64,000 nt of DNA from Nemertoderma westbladi (GCA_032718475.1 JAUCBJ010008087.1:20465-84464); one strand, 5' to 3'; positions 24,561 through 38,700 are shown, numbered from the stretch's first letter. Made by a program: numbers and translations. Notes: generated by a model from the sequence alone, not told the origin.

Positions 24561-25337
24561 AAAGTTGCATTCGTTTTTAGTCTTTTTAAATTTAAATTAT
24601 TATAATAACTTATCAGACTCAGGAAACGTCAGTGTAATTTGATCGATCAGTTCAGTTGATCAGGTTTATTTAATTTTTATAGATAATTCATTTATAACTA
24701 TTATTATATATAATTATTGCTGATAATTATAACTAATTATAAAATTAGTTATAGATAATTATAACTAATTATTAATGATAAATATATATAGTTATTCTGT
24801 AACTAATATGATACCGGTAGTTATAATTAAAAAAGGTAATAAATTTCAATAATAAAGAAAACTGGGAGGTCTGTTTGGAAAATAATGAAATTCTAAGTGT
24901 CGAATGGAATTTGTTTTTTCAATAAAGTTGGCAGCCTTTTTTCTAATAATTATGAATGATATTTGTCTTTGTTTGTTTGTTACATTAAAATATTAACTTA
25001 ACCCCGTTCTGGTGGTACCCCCGCATCCGTGCGTTGTGGCCTATTACGATGGAACGCGCAAAGCATTCGTAATTTACATCATAACTTACATAATAATTTA
25101 TAAAGTCGAGTGCAATTACTAACGTTTAATGTACAGGAGGCCTATATTATGAGGAAAAATACAATTTATTGAATTGAGAAAAAAATATGGAATTGAGTAA
25201 ACTTCTAGAACACGTCGTGAGTATTCTCCATTGATGAAACCAATGTAGGCTAAGTGTAAGTTCCTCTAAATAATGAAGGTTGAACAACTTTTCGTGTAAA
25301 GATACCCTACCGAGGTTTGTAGTGCCCAAAAGTTAAA

Positions 25338-25400
25338 AATTTGAGTTACGGTAACAATTTGAGTTAGGGTAACAATTTGAGTTAAGGTAACAATTTGAAT
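25338..25400. repeat. 18-bp tandem repeat (AACAATTTGAGTTAxGGT)
   Basis: Three to four copies visible. Confidence 0.7.
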
Positions 25401-25552
25401 ACTTGTTCATGAATCTGCACATATGGCGGGAAAACTTCCGTGTTCGTTCCAAACAATGTTTGAATCTCGTTGAGAAACAACTGCGCGAAATACGGTAGGC
25501 GTTCAATGATTGCAACTGTTATCGTTGGCTGGAGGCGATTTACAGTATAAAT

Positions 25553-27281
25553 GGGTGATTCTCACCGAAAGTGGCCAAATAGAACTGAAATATTCCTGAA
25601 ATTTGAACTCCATTGAAACCATACAAAACTATATATATTCTGAAAGCATTTTTTAAGGAGAATTCAATGGTGACAATCTCCGAGATGTTAGATAAAATCT
25701 TAAAGAAATAATCAAGGTAAAGTATGTGTCCCGCCTGTAATGGTTTGTCCCTCCATGTAATACGAATTTTTAGGCTGTAAATTGCCCCTGTAATGCGATG
25801 TCCCAGCCCTGTAACAATATATTCATCTATTGGTAGGCCTACCGTGTAATGCGATGTCCCCACGTTGTAACAATATAATAGTCATGTACGTATGTATTTA
25901 GTAAATTTTCCATACATAACTTTTTAGTAAGTTTTCCGAGAAAGATAAGTTTTGTCAAAATTGTGTATTATTTTTAAAAATTAATATAATCGACCACAGA
26001 AAAGAAACCAAAATCAGACAATTCCAAACTATTCGTAAGTTGCTACAATAGCCTAGAAACAAAATTAGTTCGGACAGAGTGAATTCGAAATTCAATAAAC
26101 TTCGAAATTATATAAAGTTTTCATTCAGACAAAAATTGGAGAGAATCAATAATTGAGGGGTAAAGTTCAGCATCCGACATATCAAACCCTGTAAAATCCA
26201 AAATAGCGAAGTCTTTCACTGCACTTGAATGCTTCGTACATAATAGTTCGCATGGTGGAAGGCATGGTTTCGTGTTTCCATTTTGTAAATTTAACGGACC
26301 ATACATAATTAATCTATGTTAGTAGAATGGTACGGTGTAAGTTAATTAAAACAGAAAAGTTAAGTCCTGAAATTAAATGACCAAATACAGATGCTTTTCA
26401 AATTTCCCACCAATTAGTGTGCCATAGAATCAATACTAAATTTCCCATTACAGAGAAGGGACAGTCCCTCACTGTAATGGCATCTCGCACACGTAATTTG
26501 TGGGACAATTACAGGGCCATTACATGGAGGGACAAATTGATCTTGATATTGAATGTGTAGGGAGCACACTTTAATATTGAAGTTGGAAGTAACAATGGCT
26601 GTATTGCCCATGTTTTAATCTGCTATAATAACTTTATTTTGTTAATTCAAAATGTTACATGCAAATTTATATGCAGAATTAGTAATGGAAAACATGGGAC
26701 AAAACATCTTGAACATACCGGGTTTGTCACATATAGATGTTAAAATCTCGGCAACTACTGGATCGTTTTCAATAAGGTTTTTTTTATTGTGTTCTGTAAT
26801 AATTGAGGCTGGATTTGCGCATCATCATACCGACTGATAACTTCTTATAGCTTCTTTCGAACCTCTATTTAACATTTGGGACATTACAGGGGTCATATTG
26901 AAATTTAATAATATTTTATGCTGTTACTGGAACGGAAGTATTTGTATCCTCCAAAAACTAATCTGAGAATGTAGGAAAATTTTCAAGCTTCCGAATGATA
27001 TATAGTTTGTACACCAAGGACCATAATGGGGTCATTCTACTGCTCTCTAAATGTTATGCAAATTCTTTAAACAAGTGTTAAAAATGCTATTTTTTAGCGT
27101 TTGACAGAGAAATATGGTAATATGCAGGGATTTTTCAACCCTGAAAACATGATGAGCAGAATTTTCAGGCCAAGTTTCATATATAAAACATTTTACCGTT
27201 TAAAAATTCACCAATCTAAACAGAAATTACGTTCCGGACAATTTCTAAGTCGGTTTTGGCCACTTTTGTTGAGAATGACCC
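25553..27281. mobile_element. Non-autonomous DNA transposon with GGG termini and apparent 3-bp TSD AAT (PIF/Harbinger-like)
   Basis: GGGTGATTCTCACCGAAAGTGGCCAAA versus TTTGGCCACTTTTGTTGAGAATGACCC. It interrupts a repeat that is continuous at ~28060-28240. Confidence 0.7.
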
Positions 27282-27436
27282 AATATTTAAAAAACACAGC
27301 GTTCTGGTATATATGAAATCTTCTGTGGAGCTACAATATCATGTCCTGGAATACTGTAGTGTTATTATTCTGACTGTACTGTACATGCGGGGGGGGGGGG
27401 GGGGGGATGTACTGTACAAGAATAAAATTTAGGGGG

Positions 27437-27600
27437 AGATAGATAGATAGATTTATTTATACATTATGTAAAAACAATAACAAATACACCAAACAATGTA
27501 CCGGTATAAAGGTATTGTCCAACATAACATATAGGATTACCCCTAAAGCTTTGCAGCTTATTTCCAAGGGGGTCCTTTATGTTACTTGGTTACAAATACA
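27437..27600 (-). mobile_element. Probable LINE (L2/CR1-like) 3' end
   Basis: On the minus strand: stem-loop GGACCCCCTTGGAAATAAGC...GCTTTAGGGGTAATCC, then AATAAA and a (TCTA)n tail. Confidence 0.45.
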
Positions 27601-28709
27601 ATATTACACTACGCTAACCTAAAACCAATATAAAACGTAATTACACTATGTACATGTACAACTTTACCGAGAGCGTGACAATGCCCGACTCAACGATAAA
27701 GATGTAATGTACAGAACAATTTATTATAAAACGTAATTACAGTATAAATAGTAAATAATTAATAAACTAATAACTTACTGTAGGACTATTGTACCTATTT
27801 TTACATTGCACACGGAGGTGAGATTTAACTGCAGATTTAAAAGGAGGGAGTTTGTCTACAAATCTTATGAGGTTGCATGAAATAGAAAATAGATATGCAC
27901 CATGAACCGTAATATAGTGTCATTTTCTGATGACATGGACCTCCCCCAGATTTTTCTACAAATCTTAAAATTTGAAACACAACTACTGTAATTCCACTCA
28001 CCTGTTATCCCATGAAGACGGAATTTTCGATTTTGCCTTTTATTTTTTTTAATTAGTTGAGAAACAGCTGAGATATAGGCGTTCAAAGATTGCAAGAAGT
28101 ATCGTTCGCTGGAGGCCATTTATTCTATTTAATAAATACACAATGTTCTGGAACATTTTGTTTAAGTATGAATAGCTACGCAATAGATATATACCATGTT
28201 CTGGAATATAGTGTCGTTATTCAGGTACCTGCCCCCCCCCAAAAAAATTTTTTTTTCTACAAATCGTAATGAGATTGCATGACATTTGAAACAGAGTCAG
28301 TTTCACCTCCCTCCTCGTTGCTGGGTGAGCCAGAATTTTTATTTTCGCTTTCATTCTTTAGCTACTGTACAAGCGTTTGAAAAAGTTGGAAAAGGTGTTT
28401 CCGGCGATATTTCACAGGCCACAGTGCAATCATTCTTCAACCTTGCGAAGATGCAAACCATGCGACTTTCTAACACTCCTACTAGTCGAGTCAATCTAGC
28501 AAAAAAACCATAAGTATTTCGCAATCAATCCGAACCACACATTTTGGATTCTATATTACCTTATTAATGACCAAAAAAAGTCTACAAAATTTTATTTTGC
28601 GGATCATATGTTTATTCATGGAAATTCTGCGTAAATTTGCATAAAATAAGCCAAACAAAAGGAATAGTAGGGAACAGTAAGTAGCAAATTGGTGATGTTC
28701 CAGAATAAT

Positions 28710-28954
28710 TTAAAGGTGTAATATTATGGTTTTGTTCAGAAATGGAATAAATGAGAAAGCGCGTCACTGGGGGTTGAACCAGTGCTATACGTACGTTTCA
28801 GCCTATCAGGCTTCATCAGTAGCGCTAACCAGTTCAGCCACTTGCCCCTGACATTCACTCTCCCACCTAATAATCCACTATTCATTTCTGAACAAAACCA
28901 TAATATTACACCTTTAATTACAGTTGCATCAACAGCTCAACTCCAATTCATTTA
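28710..28954 (-). mobile_element. Small inverted-repeat element carrying tRNA-like A/B boxes and a hammerhead ribozyme
   Basis: ~40-bp IR at 28710-28749 and 28879-28917 plus a unique tail. A related copy lies at ~56337-56515. Confidence 0.75.
28781..28826 (-). ncRNA. Minimal type I hammerhead ribozyme
   Basis: AGCGCUA-CUGAUGA-AGCCU(GAU)AGGCU-GAAA-C(GUAC)GUA|UAGCACU: complete catalytic core, 5-bp stem II, 7-bp stem I with one mismatch, palindromic minimal stem III. Confidence 0.8.
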
Positions 28955-30105
28955 AGAATAATTTAATTAATTTCACAATAAGCTGTGATTCAATGAGAAA
29001 TTAGTAATATTTACACTGGCGTGTTACACATTAATTGCTATATCTCGGAAACTAGAAGTCGCATCAAATTGTTAAATATTTCAAAAACTTCACGATATAA
29101 TAAGGTAACCGTTGTATAAAAATTATACAATTCCACTGCAAGGAAATTTCATATTTTCCATTAATGTTAGTGAAGATTTTTCACATAATTAAATTGTGAT
29201 TGCTCTATTGATTTTAGGTGTAATTTATTTATTTGTTTTAGTTTAGAAACCACAATAGTTTATCATATAACAAATAAATATTTTGGGGATAAGGGTTTTT
29301 GAGGTCGATAAATCCGATGGGCGAGGATACATCAACCCGTTTAGTAGAGAAGTTGTGTATAATAGTTGTGTAATCTTGTACCAGTAAAATTGGTATTAAA
29401 AATATGGTTAAATTATTAGACAAATTTCCGTTGCTCTGGAAACTAAATTGGTAACTATATAGAAGTGCATACTTCTGTCAATCGATAGTCATTAGAGTAA
29501 AGTTTGACTGTACCAAATTTCGAGAAAATCCCAACAATCCAATAGACCTCTTGTTGCTATGTAAAATCCGTGTTGCTAAGGAAAGAAACAGGAAATTGAA
29601 GGTGATCCGCATAATATATTTTGATAGACTTTTTTGGGGGTATTAACAAGGTAATGTAGAATAAAAAAAGTTAGTTTGGATGAATTGCGAATTTGTTATG
29701 GGTTGACCCCCTTTTTCGGCTAGATTGACTCGTCTAAACTGTATCTCAGCTATTTGTCAACAACTGCACTACCAGTAACTGCAGTAACATGACTACCTCA
29801 GTACCTGAATACTTGATTACCGGTACCGTTACTGCGTTATATCAGTATGTAGGCCTACCGCTGTGGCGCTGTACCGTATGCCGTATTTCTGTATTTTGTT
29901 AGCCAGTACAGCAGTACCGGTAGCGCGGTAGGTTACCGGTACATGTTAGCAGTTGTATCTATTTCGGTTCTAGTCTAATTCAACAGTTCAAAGCTGCAAG
30001 GTCTTTTTGTCAGGTGCCAGCTTGCTGCTCTGCTGCTCTGTCAACCTGCATGCTGGCATGGCAACGTCAGAACGTTGAACGTCTAACGGTCGATTGGATG
30101 ATGCG

Positions 30106-30329
30106 ATGCAACCTGATCAAAATCAACAGCAAGGATACCTGATTCCTGTAGTTTGTGCTCCTCACGACCTGAAATTTTACCTGGACAACTTGAGTAGCCA
30201 CAAACAGTTATTAACTATATATAATCCATGCGAATTTGTTCTTCATTACAAACTGCTTTCTAATGCGCGCGATAAATACATAGTCTCAGAACCAGAAGGA
30301 AAAATTAAACCTTATAAATGTATTGATAT
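30106..30329 (+). CDS. MOSPD1: MOSPD1/3-like motile sperm domain protein, exon 1
   Basis: IPVVCAPHDLKFYLDNLSSHKQLLTIYNPCEF resembles the MOSPD1 N-terminus. Donor AT|GTAAGT, phase 2. Confidence 0.92.
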
Positions 30330-30499
30330 GTAAGTGCAGAACATGATATAATTCCTGGGGTGTTTAGTACAATTACAATTAATTGCATGCATTCATTCGC
30401 CTTACAGCCTTACCACTTGCACTTAACCGTTCAGCCGTTGTACAATTTTTATTGATTTCACTCACCAACAGACTAAGGAGGAGGGAGGTGCGTGTCCCT

Positions 30500-31750
30500 G
30501 GATTACGACACTATCTACACAATGGCTCAGAATATACTTTCGTTATTAATGTACCTGCCCCACCCCCACCCAAAAAAAATTTCTACAAATCTTAAATGAG
30601 ATGGCATGAAATTTGAATTTGAAACAAAGATAGTTCCATCTCCCTCCTCCTTAGTAGGTGAGCCAGAGTCAGAATTTTTATTTTTGCTTCATTCTTTAGC
30701 TGCAAGCGTTTAAAAATGGTGTCTCCGAGCTCCGACGAAATTGCATCAGTTACACCCCTTGGCTGCTTGGTTACCGTTACACCGCAGATATTCTTCAAAC
30801 CTGTAGTGAGTTGTTGGTAGTAGTGGAAAGCTGACCGTGCAAGGACTGCAAATATGTAAAAATATTTGAATTTGGTTGGTAAATACTGAAATAGCGGAGA
30901 TATGGGCATTCGAATTTTGCATGTATTCAGGTATTAGCTTCCACTGCAGGCCATTTATTCCATTTAATAAATACACAATGTTCTAGAACGTTTTGTTTAT
31001 CTCATAAGTAGCTTGGCAACAATGCAAAGCCTACATAATAATACTAGTAAATTCATACATCAATACATAATCAAAAATGTTCTCGAACATTGTGTATTAA
31101 TTAAATAGAATAAATGGCCTACCGGTACAGCGGAAACAAATACATGCAACTTTCGAATGCCCATATCTCAGCTATTTCCCTACCAAATTCGAATATTTTA
31201 ACATAATATTTGGAATGGGCGGGGTAGCTCAGTTGGTTGAGCGCCGGGCCTGCAATCTATTGGTTGTAGGTTCAGCCCCGCCAGGGTCCACTCAGCCTTT
31301 CATCCACTGGGGTCGATAAAATGAGTACCAGTTAAATAACTGGGAGCAAATCTTGGGATAGGAGTAGCGCCCACCCCTACCCTCGGGTAGCCGAAAGAGG
31401 AGCCTTCGGGTCGCCTCCGGCTTCGGCCGACTATTTGCTTTTACTTGATTTGGAATGGAATCCTTGCACGGTCAGCTTTCCACTAGTACCAACAAATCAC
31501 TACAGGTTTGAAGAGTAACTGCGGTGTAACTGATGCAATTTCGTCGGAGACACCTTTAAATGCTTGTAGCAAAAGAATGAAAACAAAAATAAAAATTCTG
31601 GCTCACCCACTAGGGAGGAGGGAGATGAAAGTATCTCTGTCTCAAATTTCATGCAATCTCATTAAGATTTGTAGAAAAATTTTTTGGGGGGAGGGGGAGG
31701 TACCTGAATAACGAAACGACACTATTTTTCCAGGACATGGTGTATATTCA
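30500..31750. repeat. Large inverted repeat (fold-back element, ~480-bp arms) in MOSPD intron 1
   Basis: ~30520-31000 mirrors ~31070-31750 once the SINE is removed. Related fragments at ~25470, ~27290 and 27900-28400. Confidence 0.8.
31219..31447 (+). mobile_element. tRNA-derived SINE with 11-bp TSD ATTTGGAATGG
   Basis: A box TAGCTCAGTTGG, B box GGTTCAGCCCC, central CTCAGCCTTTCATCC...GGTCGATAAAATGAGTACCAG segment typical of animal SINEs, structured 3' tail. TSD at 31208-31218 and 31448-31458. Confidence 0.9.
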
Positions 31751-32180
31751 GATATTCCAGGACATGGTGCAATCGTGTACCGGTCAGCCGGTAGGCGGTA
31801 GCCTGTGTTGGACTTGGTTCCCTCAACTCAGATCTGTAACCTATATTTTATTGTCTAAACTGCGTGCAGTACGGTACAAATTCAATTGGTGTTACATGTT
31901 ATCACGCTAAATGCTAACTCACCCTGAAATAAGGTCAAAATATCCCAACGATATCAGATATTATTAATGTATTGTTCGATTTGAAGAAAAGGTCGGAATG
32001 GTTGATAGCTTAGTTTTTGTAATTCACTAAAATGATTGCATTAATGTATGTGGTTTAGTCATTGCATTATTATTGCTGATAACTTTGCGCTGTAGTAAAT
32101 TTTAATGTTATTTGTATTTTTTATTGACCTATCAAAATATTCGTTCAGTCATTGCATCCTGTGTCTATTATTGCTTTCAG

Positions 32181-32319
32181 TGTCATTAGACATGTGAACA
32201 TACATACAGCCGATGTTGGTGTCGAAGATAAGTTTCGATTGATGGTGTGGCAGTCCGGAAATCGGTCACTAAGCAACCAGAAAGATGTCATGGTTACCTT
32301 ATTTGCTACGGACGACAAG
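32181..32319 (+). CDS. MOSPD1: MOSPD1/3-like exon 2
   Basis: TTTCAG| acceptor, VIRHVNIHTADVGVEDKFRLMV...KDVMVTL, donor AAG|GTAGGG in phase 0. Confidence 0.92.
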
Positions 32320-32620
32320 GTAGGGTTCTGAAGATCTGGGGTCTATCGAGTGAATGGGTTAATCATTTCATTATTAATATTTGGTTTAATTGTTATATTT
32401 AATGACATTGCAACAGCTTGGTGTTCAAGATCAGCAGAGTGGCAGTGCCAAATTTTGCCGAAAAAAAGAAATAAAATATTCACCGATAGCCGGAAAAGTG
32501 TGTACTTTAACTTTAAAAAAATTACTTACTTTCCAGCTATGGGACCCATAGCCTATGGGTGCACCTTGAATCAGGCATCATCATCTGATAATAATCAAGC
32601 GTAATTTATTATTATTTTAG

Positions 32621-32723
32621 CCGATGTCGAACAAGTTGGACGGCAGAAATACCCAGATATCTCAGGGATTGCTGTATAGCAGACGAGATGGAAGTGAAAG
32701 CGGCCCTCCAACCTTACAGTACG
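32621..32723 (+). CDS. MOSPD1: MOSPD1/3-like exon 3 (linker)
   Basis: TTTTAG| acceptor, open frame PMSNKLD...GPPTLQY, donor G|GTACGT in phase 1, which matches the phase required by exon 4. Confidence 0.75.
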
Positions 32724-35700
32724 GTACGTCCAACCTTACAGTACGATAGGTCCAACCTTACAGTACGATAGATCCAACCTTACAGTACGATAGATCCAAC
32801 CTTACAGTACGATATGTCCAATCTTACAGTACGGTACGTCCAACCTTACAGTATGATAGGTCCAACCTTACAGTACGATAGATCCAACCTTACAGTTACA
32901 GTACGATAGATCCAACCTTACAGTACGATAGATCCAACCTTACAGTACGATAGATCCAACCTTACAGTACGATAGGTCCAACCTTACAGTGCGATAGATC
33001 CAACCTTACAGTACAGTACGATAGATCCAACCTTACAGTGCGATAGATCCAACCTTACAGTACGATAGATCCAACCTTACAGTACGGTATGTCCAACCTT
33101 ACAGTACGATAGATCCAACCTTACAGTGCGATAGATCCAACCTTACAGTTACAGTACGATAGATCCAACCTTACAGTACGATAGATCCAACCTTACAGTA
33201 CAGTACGATAGATCCAACCTTACAGTACGATAGATCCAACCTTACAGTACAGTACGATAGATCCAACCTTACAGTTACAGTACGATAGATCCAACCTTAC
33301 TGTACGATAGATCCAACATTACAGTACGATAGATCCAACCTTACAGTTACAGCGCGATAGATCCAACCTTACAGTTACAGTACGATAGATCCAACCTTAC
33401 AGTTACAGTACGATAGATCCAACCTTACAGTACGATAGATCCAACCTTACAGTGCGATAGATCTAACCTTACAGTACGATAGATCCAACCTTACAGTACA
33501 GTACGATAGATCCAACCTTACAGTACGATAGATCCAACCTTACAGTACAGTACGATAGATCCAACCTTACAGTACAGTACGATAGATCCAACCTTACAGT
33601 ACGATAGATCCAACCTTACAGTACAGTACGATAGATCCAACCTTACAGTTACAGTACGATAGATCCAACCTTACAGTACGATAGATCCAACATTACAGTA
33701 CGATAGATCCAACCTTACAGTTACAGCGCGATAGATCCAACCTTACAGTTACAGTACGATAGATCCAACCTTACAGTTACAGTATGATAGATCCAACCTT
33801 ACAGTACGATAGATCCAACCTTACAGTGCGATAGATCTAACCTTACAGTACGATAGATCCAACCTTACCGTTACAGTACGACAGATCCAACCTTACAGTT
33901 ACAGTACGATAGATCCAACCTTACAGTACGATAGGTCCAACCTTACAGTACGATAGATCCAATCTTACAGTACGATAGATCCAACCTTACAGTACGATAG
34001 GTCCAACCTTACAGTTACAGTACGATAGATCCAACCTTACAGTACGATAGATCCAACCTTACAGTACGATAGATCCAACCTTACAGTACGATAGATCCAA
34101 CCTTACAGTGCGATAGATCCAACCTTTCAGTTACAGTACGATAGATCCAACCTTACAGTTACAGTACGATAGATCCAACGTTACAGTATGATAGATCCAA
34201 CCTTACAGTGCGATAGATCCAACCTTACAGTACGATAGATCCAACCTTACAGTACGATAGATCCAACCTTACAGTACGATAGATCCAACCTTACAGTACG
34301 ATAGATCCAACCTTACAGTACGATAGATCCAACCTTACAGTGCGATAGATCCAACCTTTCAGTTACAGTACGATAGATCCAACCTTACAGTTACAGTACG
34401 ATAGATCCAACCTTACAGTACGATAGATCCAACCTTACAGTACGATAGATCCAACCTTACAGTACAGTACGATAGATCCAACCTTACAGTATGATAGATC
34501 CAACCTTACAGTACGATAGATCCAACCTTACAGTACGATAGATCCAACCTTACAGTATGATAGGTCCAACCTTACAGTACGATAGGTCCAACCTTACAGT
34601 ACGATAGATCCAACCTTACAGTACAGTACGATAGATCCAACCTTACAGTGCGATAGATCCATCCTTACAGTACGATAGATCCAACCTTTCAGTACGATAG
34701 ATCCAACCTTACAGTGCGATAGATCCAACCTTACAGTTACAGTACGATAGATCCAACCTTACAGTTACAGTACGATAGATCCAACCTTACAGTACGATAG
34801 ATCCAACCTTACAGTACGATAGATCCAACCTTACAGTACGATAGGTCCAACCTTACAGTACGATAGATCCAACCTTACAGTACTATAGATCCAACCTTAC
34901 AGTACGATAGATCCAACCTTACAGTGCGATAGATCCAACCTTACAGTACAGTACGATGGATCCAACCTTACAGTACGATAGGTCCAACCTTATAGTACGA
35001 TAGATCCAACCTTACAGTACAGTACGATAGGTCCAACCTTACAGTACGGTACGATAGATCCAACCTTACAGTACGATAGATCCAACCTTACAGTGCGATA
35101 GATCCAACCTTACAGTACGATAGATCCAACCTTACAGTACGATAGATCCAACCTTACAGTACGATAGATCCAACCTTACAGTACGATAGATCCAACCTTA
35201 CAGTACGATAGATCCAACCGTACAGTACGATAGATCCAACCTTACAGTTACAGTACAATAGATCCAACCTTACAGTACAGTACGATAGATCCAACCTTAC
35301 AGTACAGTACGATAGGTCCAACCTTCCAGTACAGTACGATAGATCCAACCTTACAGTTTGATAGATCCAACCTTACAGTACGATAGATCCAACCTTACAG
35401 TACGATAGATCCAACCTTACAGTACGATAGATCCAACCTTACAGTACGATAGATCCAACCTTACAGTTACAGTACGATAGATCCAACCTTACAGTTACAG
35501 TACGATAGATCCAACCTTACAGTGCGATAGATCCAACCTTACAGTGCGATAGATCCAACCTTACAGTGCGATAGATCCAACCTTACAGTACGATAGATCC
35601 AATCTTACAGTACAGCATGATAGATCCAACCTTACAGTACAGTACGATAGATCCAACCTTCCAGTACAGTACGATAGATCCAACCTTACAGTACAGCACG

Positions 35701-38700
35701 ATAGATCCAACCTTACAGTACAGTACGATAGATCCAACCTTCCAGTACAGTACGATAGATCCAACCTTACAGTGCGATAGATCCAACCTTACAGTACGAT
35801 AGATCCAACCTTACAGCTCGATAGATCCAACCTTACAGTTACAGTATGATAGATCCAACCTTACAGTTACAGTATGATAGATCCAACCTTACAGTTGCAG
35901 TACGATAGATCCAACCTTACAGTACGATAGATCCAACCTTACAGTGCGATAGATCCAACCTTACAGTACGATCGGTCCAACCTTACAGTACGATAGGTCC
36001 AATCTTACAGTACAATAGATCCAACCTTACAGTACGATAGATCCAACCTTACAGTGCCATAGATCCAACCTTACAGTACGGTACGTCCAACCTTACAGTA
36101 TGATGGATCCAACCTTACAGTGCGATAGATCCAACCTTACAGTACGATCGGTCCAACCTTACAGTATGATGGATCCAACCTTACAGTGCGATAGATCCAA
36201 CCTTACAGTACGATAGATCCAACCTTACAGCTCGATAGATCCAACCTTACAGTTACAGTATGATAGATCCAACCTTACAGTTACAGTATGATAGATCCAA
36301 CCTTACAGTTGCAGTACGATAGATCCAACCTTACAGTACGATAGATCCAACCTTACAGTGCGATAGATCCAACCTTACAGTGCCATAGATCCAACCTTAC
36401 AGTACGGTACGTCCAACCTTACAGTATGATGGATCCAACCTTACAGTGCGATAGATCCAACCTTACAGTACGATCGGTCCAACCTTACAGTATGATAGAT
36501 CCAACCTTACAGTACGATATGTCCAACCTTACAGTACGATAGATCCAACCTTACAGTACGATCGGTCCAACCTTACAGTATGATGGATCCAACCTTACAG
36601 TGCGATAGATCCAACCTTACAGTACGATAGATCCAACCTTACAGTACAATAGATCCAACCTTACAGTACGATAGATCCAACCTTACAGTACGATAGATCC
36701 AACCTTACAGTACAGTACGATAGATCCAACCTTACAGTGCGATAGGTCCAACCTTACAGTATGATAGGTCCAATCTTACAGTACGATAGATCCAACCTTA
36801 CAGTACGATAGATCCAACCTTACAGTACGGTACGTCCAACCTTACAGTACGGTACATCCAACCTTACAGTACGATAGATCCAACCTTACAGTACGATAGT
36901 TCCAACCTTACAGTACGATAGATCCAACCTTACAGTGCGATAGATCCAACCTTACAGTACGATATGTCCAACCTTACAGTACGATAGATCCAACCTTACA
37001 GTATGATAGATCCAACCTTACAGTACAGTACGATAGATCCAACCTTACAGTGCGATAGATCCAACCTTACAGTGCGATAGATCCAACCTTACAGTGCGAT
37101 AGATCCAACCTTACAGTACAGCACGATAGATCCAACCTTACAGTACAGTACAATAGATCCAACCTTCCAGTACAGTACGATAGATCCAACCTTACAGTAC
37201 AGTACGATAGATCCAACCTTCCAGTACAGTACGATAGATCCAACCTTACAGTACGATAGATCCAACCTTACAGTACAGTACGATAGATCCAACCTTCCAG
37301 TACAGTACGATAGATCCAACCTTACAGTGCGATAGATCCAACCTTACAGTACGATAGATCCAACCTTACAGTACGATAGATCCAACCTTACAGTTACAGT
37401 ACGATAGATCCAACCTTACAGTTACAGTACGATAGATCCAACCTTACAGTTGCAGTACGATAGATCCAACCTTCCTTACAGTGCGATAGATCCAACCTTA
37501 CAGTACGATAGATCCAACCTTCCAGTACAGTACGATAGATCCAACCTTACAGTACAGTACGATAGATCCAACCTTCCAGTACAGTACGATAGATCCAACC
37601 TTCCAGTACAGTACGATAGATCCAACCTTACAGTGCAATAGGCCCAACCTTACAGTGCGATAGATCCAACCTTACAGTACGATAGATCCAACCTTGCAGT
37701 ACGATAGATCCAACCTTACAGTACGATAGATCCAACCTTACAGTACAGTACGATAGATCCAACCTTACAGTACAGTACGATAGATCCAACCTTACGTTCA
37801 GTACGATAGATCCAACCTTCCAGTACAGTACGATAGATCCAACCTTACAGTGCGATAGATCCAACCTTACAGTACGATAGATCCAACCTTACAGTACGAT
37901 AGATCCAACCTTACAGTACGATAGATCCAACCTTACAGTACGATAGATCCAACCTTACAGTACGATAGATCCAACCTTACAGTACAGTCGATAGATCCAA
38001 CCTTACAGTACGATAGATCCAACCTTACAGTGCGATAGATCCAACCTTACAGTACGATAGATCCAACCTTACAGTACGATAGATCCAACCTTACAGTACG
38101 ATAGATCCAACCTTACAGTACAGCACGATAGATCCAACCTTACAGTACAGTACGATAGATCCAACCTTCCAGTACAGTACGATAGATCCAACCTTACAGT
38201 GCGATAGATCCAACCTTACAGTACGATAGATCCAACCTTACAGTACGATAGATCCAACCTTACAGTCAGTACGATAGATCCAACCTTACAGTTACAGTAC
38301 GATAGATCCAACCTTACAGTTGCAGTACGATAGATCCAACCTTACAGTGCGATAGATCCAACCTTACAGTACAGCACGATAGATCCAACCTTACAGTACA
38401 GTACGATAGATCCAACCTTCCAGTACAGTACGATAGATCCAACCTTACAGTGCGATAGATCCAACCTTACAGTACGATAGATCCAACCTTACAGTACGAT
38501 AGATCCAACCTTACAGTACGATAGATCCAACCTTACAGTACGTCGATAGATCCAACCTTACAGTACAGTACGATAGATCCAACCTTACAGTTGCAGTACG
38601 ATAGATCCAACCTTCCAGTACAGTACGATAGATCCAACCTTACAGTGCGATAGATCCAACCTTACAGTACGATAGATCCAACCTTACAGTACGATAGATC

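Larger units (their letters stand above)
28483..29736. mobile_element. Non-autonomous DNA transposon with TAG termini and ~130-bp degenerate TIRs (Academ-like)
   Basis: TAGTCGAGTCAATCTAGC...GCGGATCA at left mirrors TGATCCGC...GCTAGATTGACTCGTCTA at right. Confidence 0.65.

Noticed and set aside
31219-31290. Functional tRNA-Cys gene
   Set aside because: Imperfect cloverleaf, continues into a SINE body, and is flanked by a TSD.
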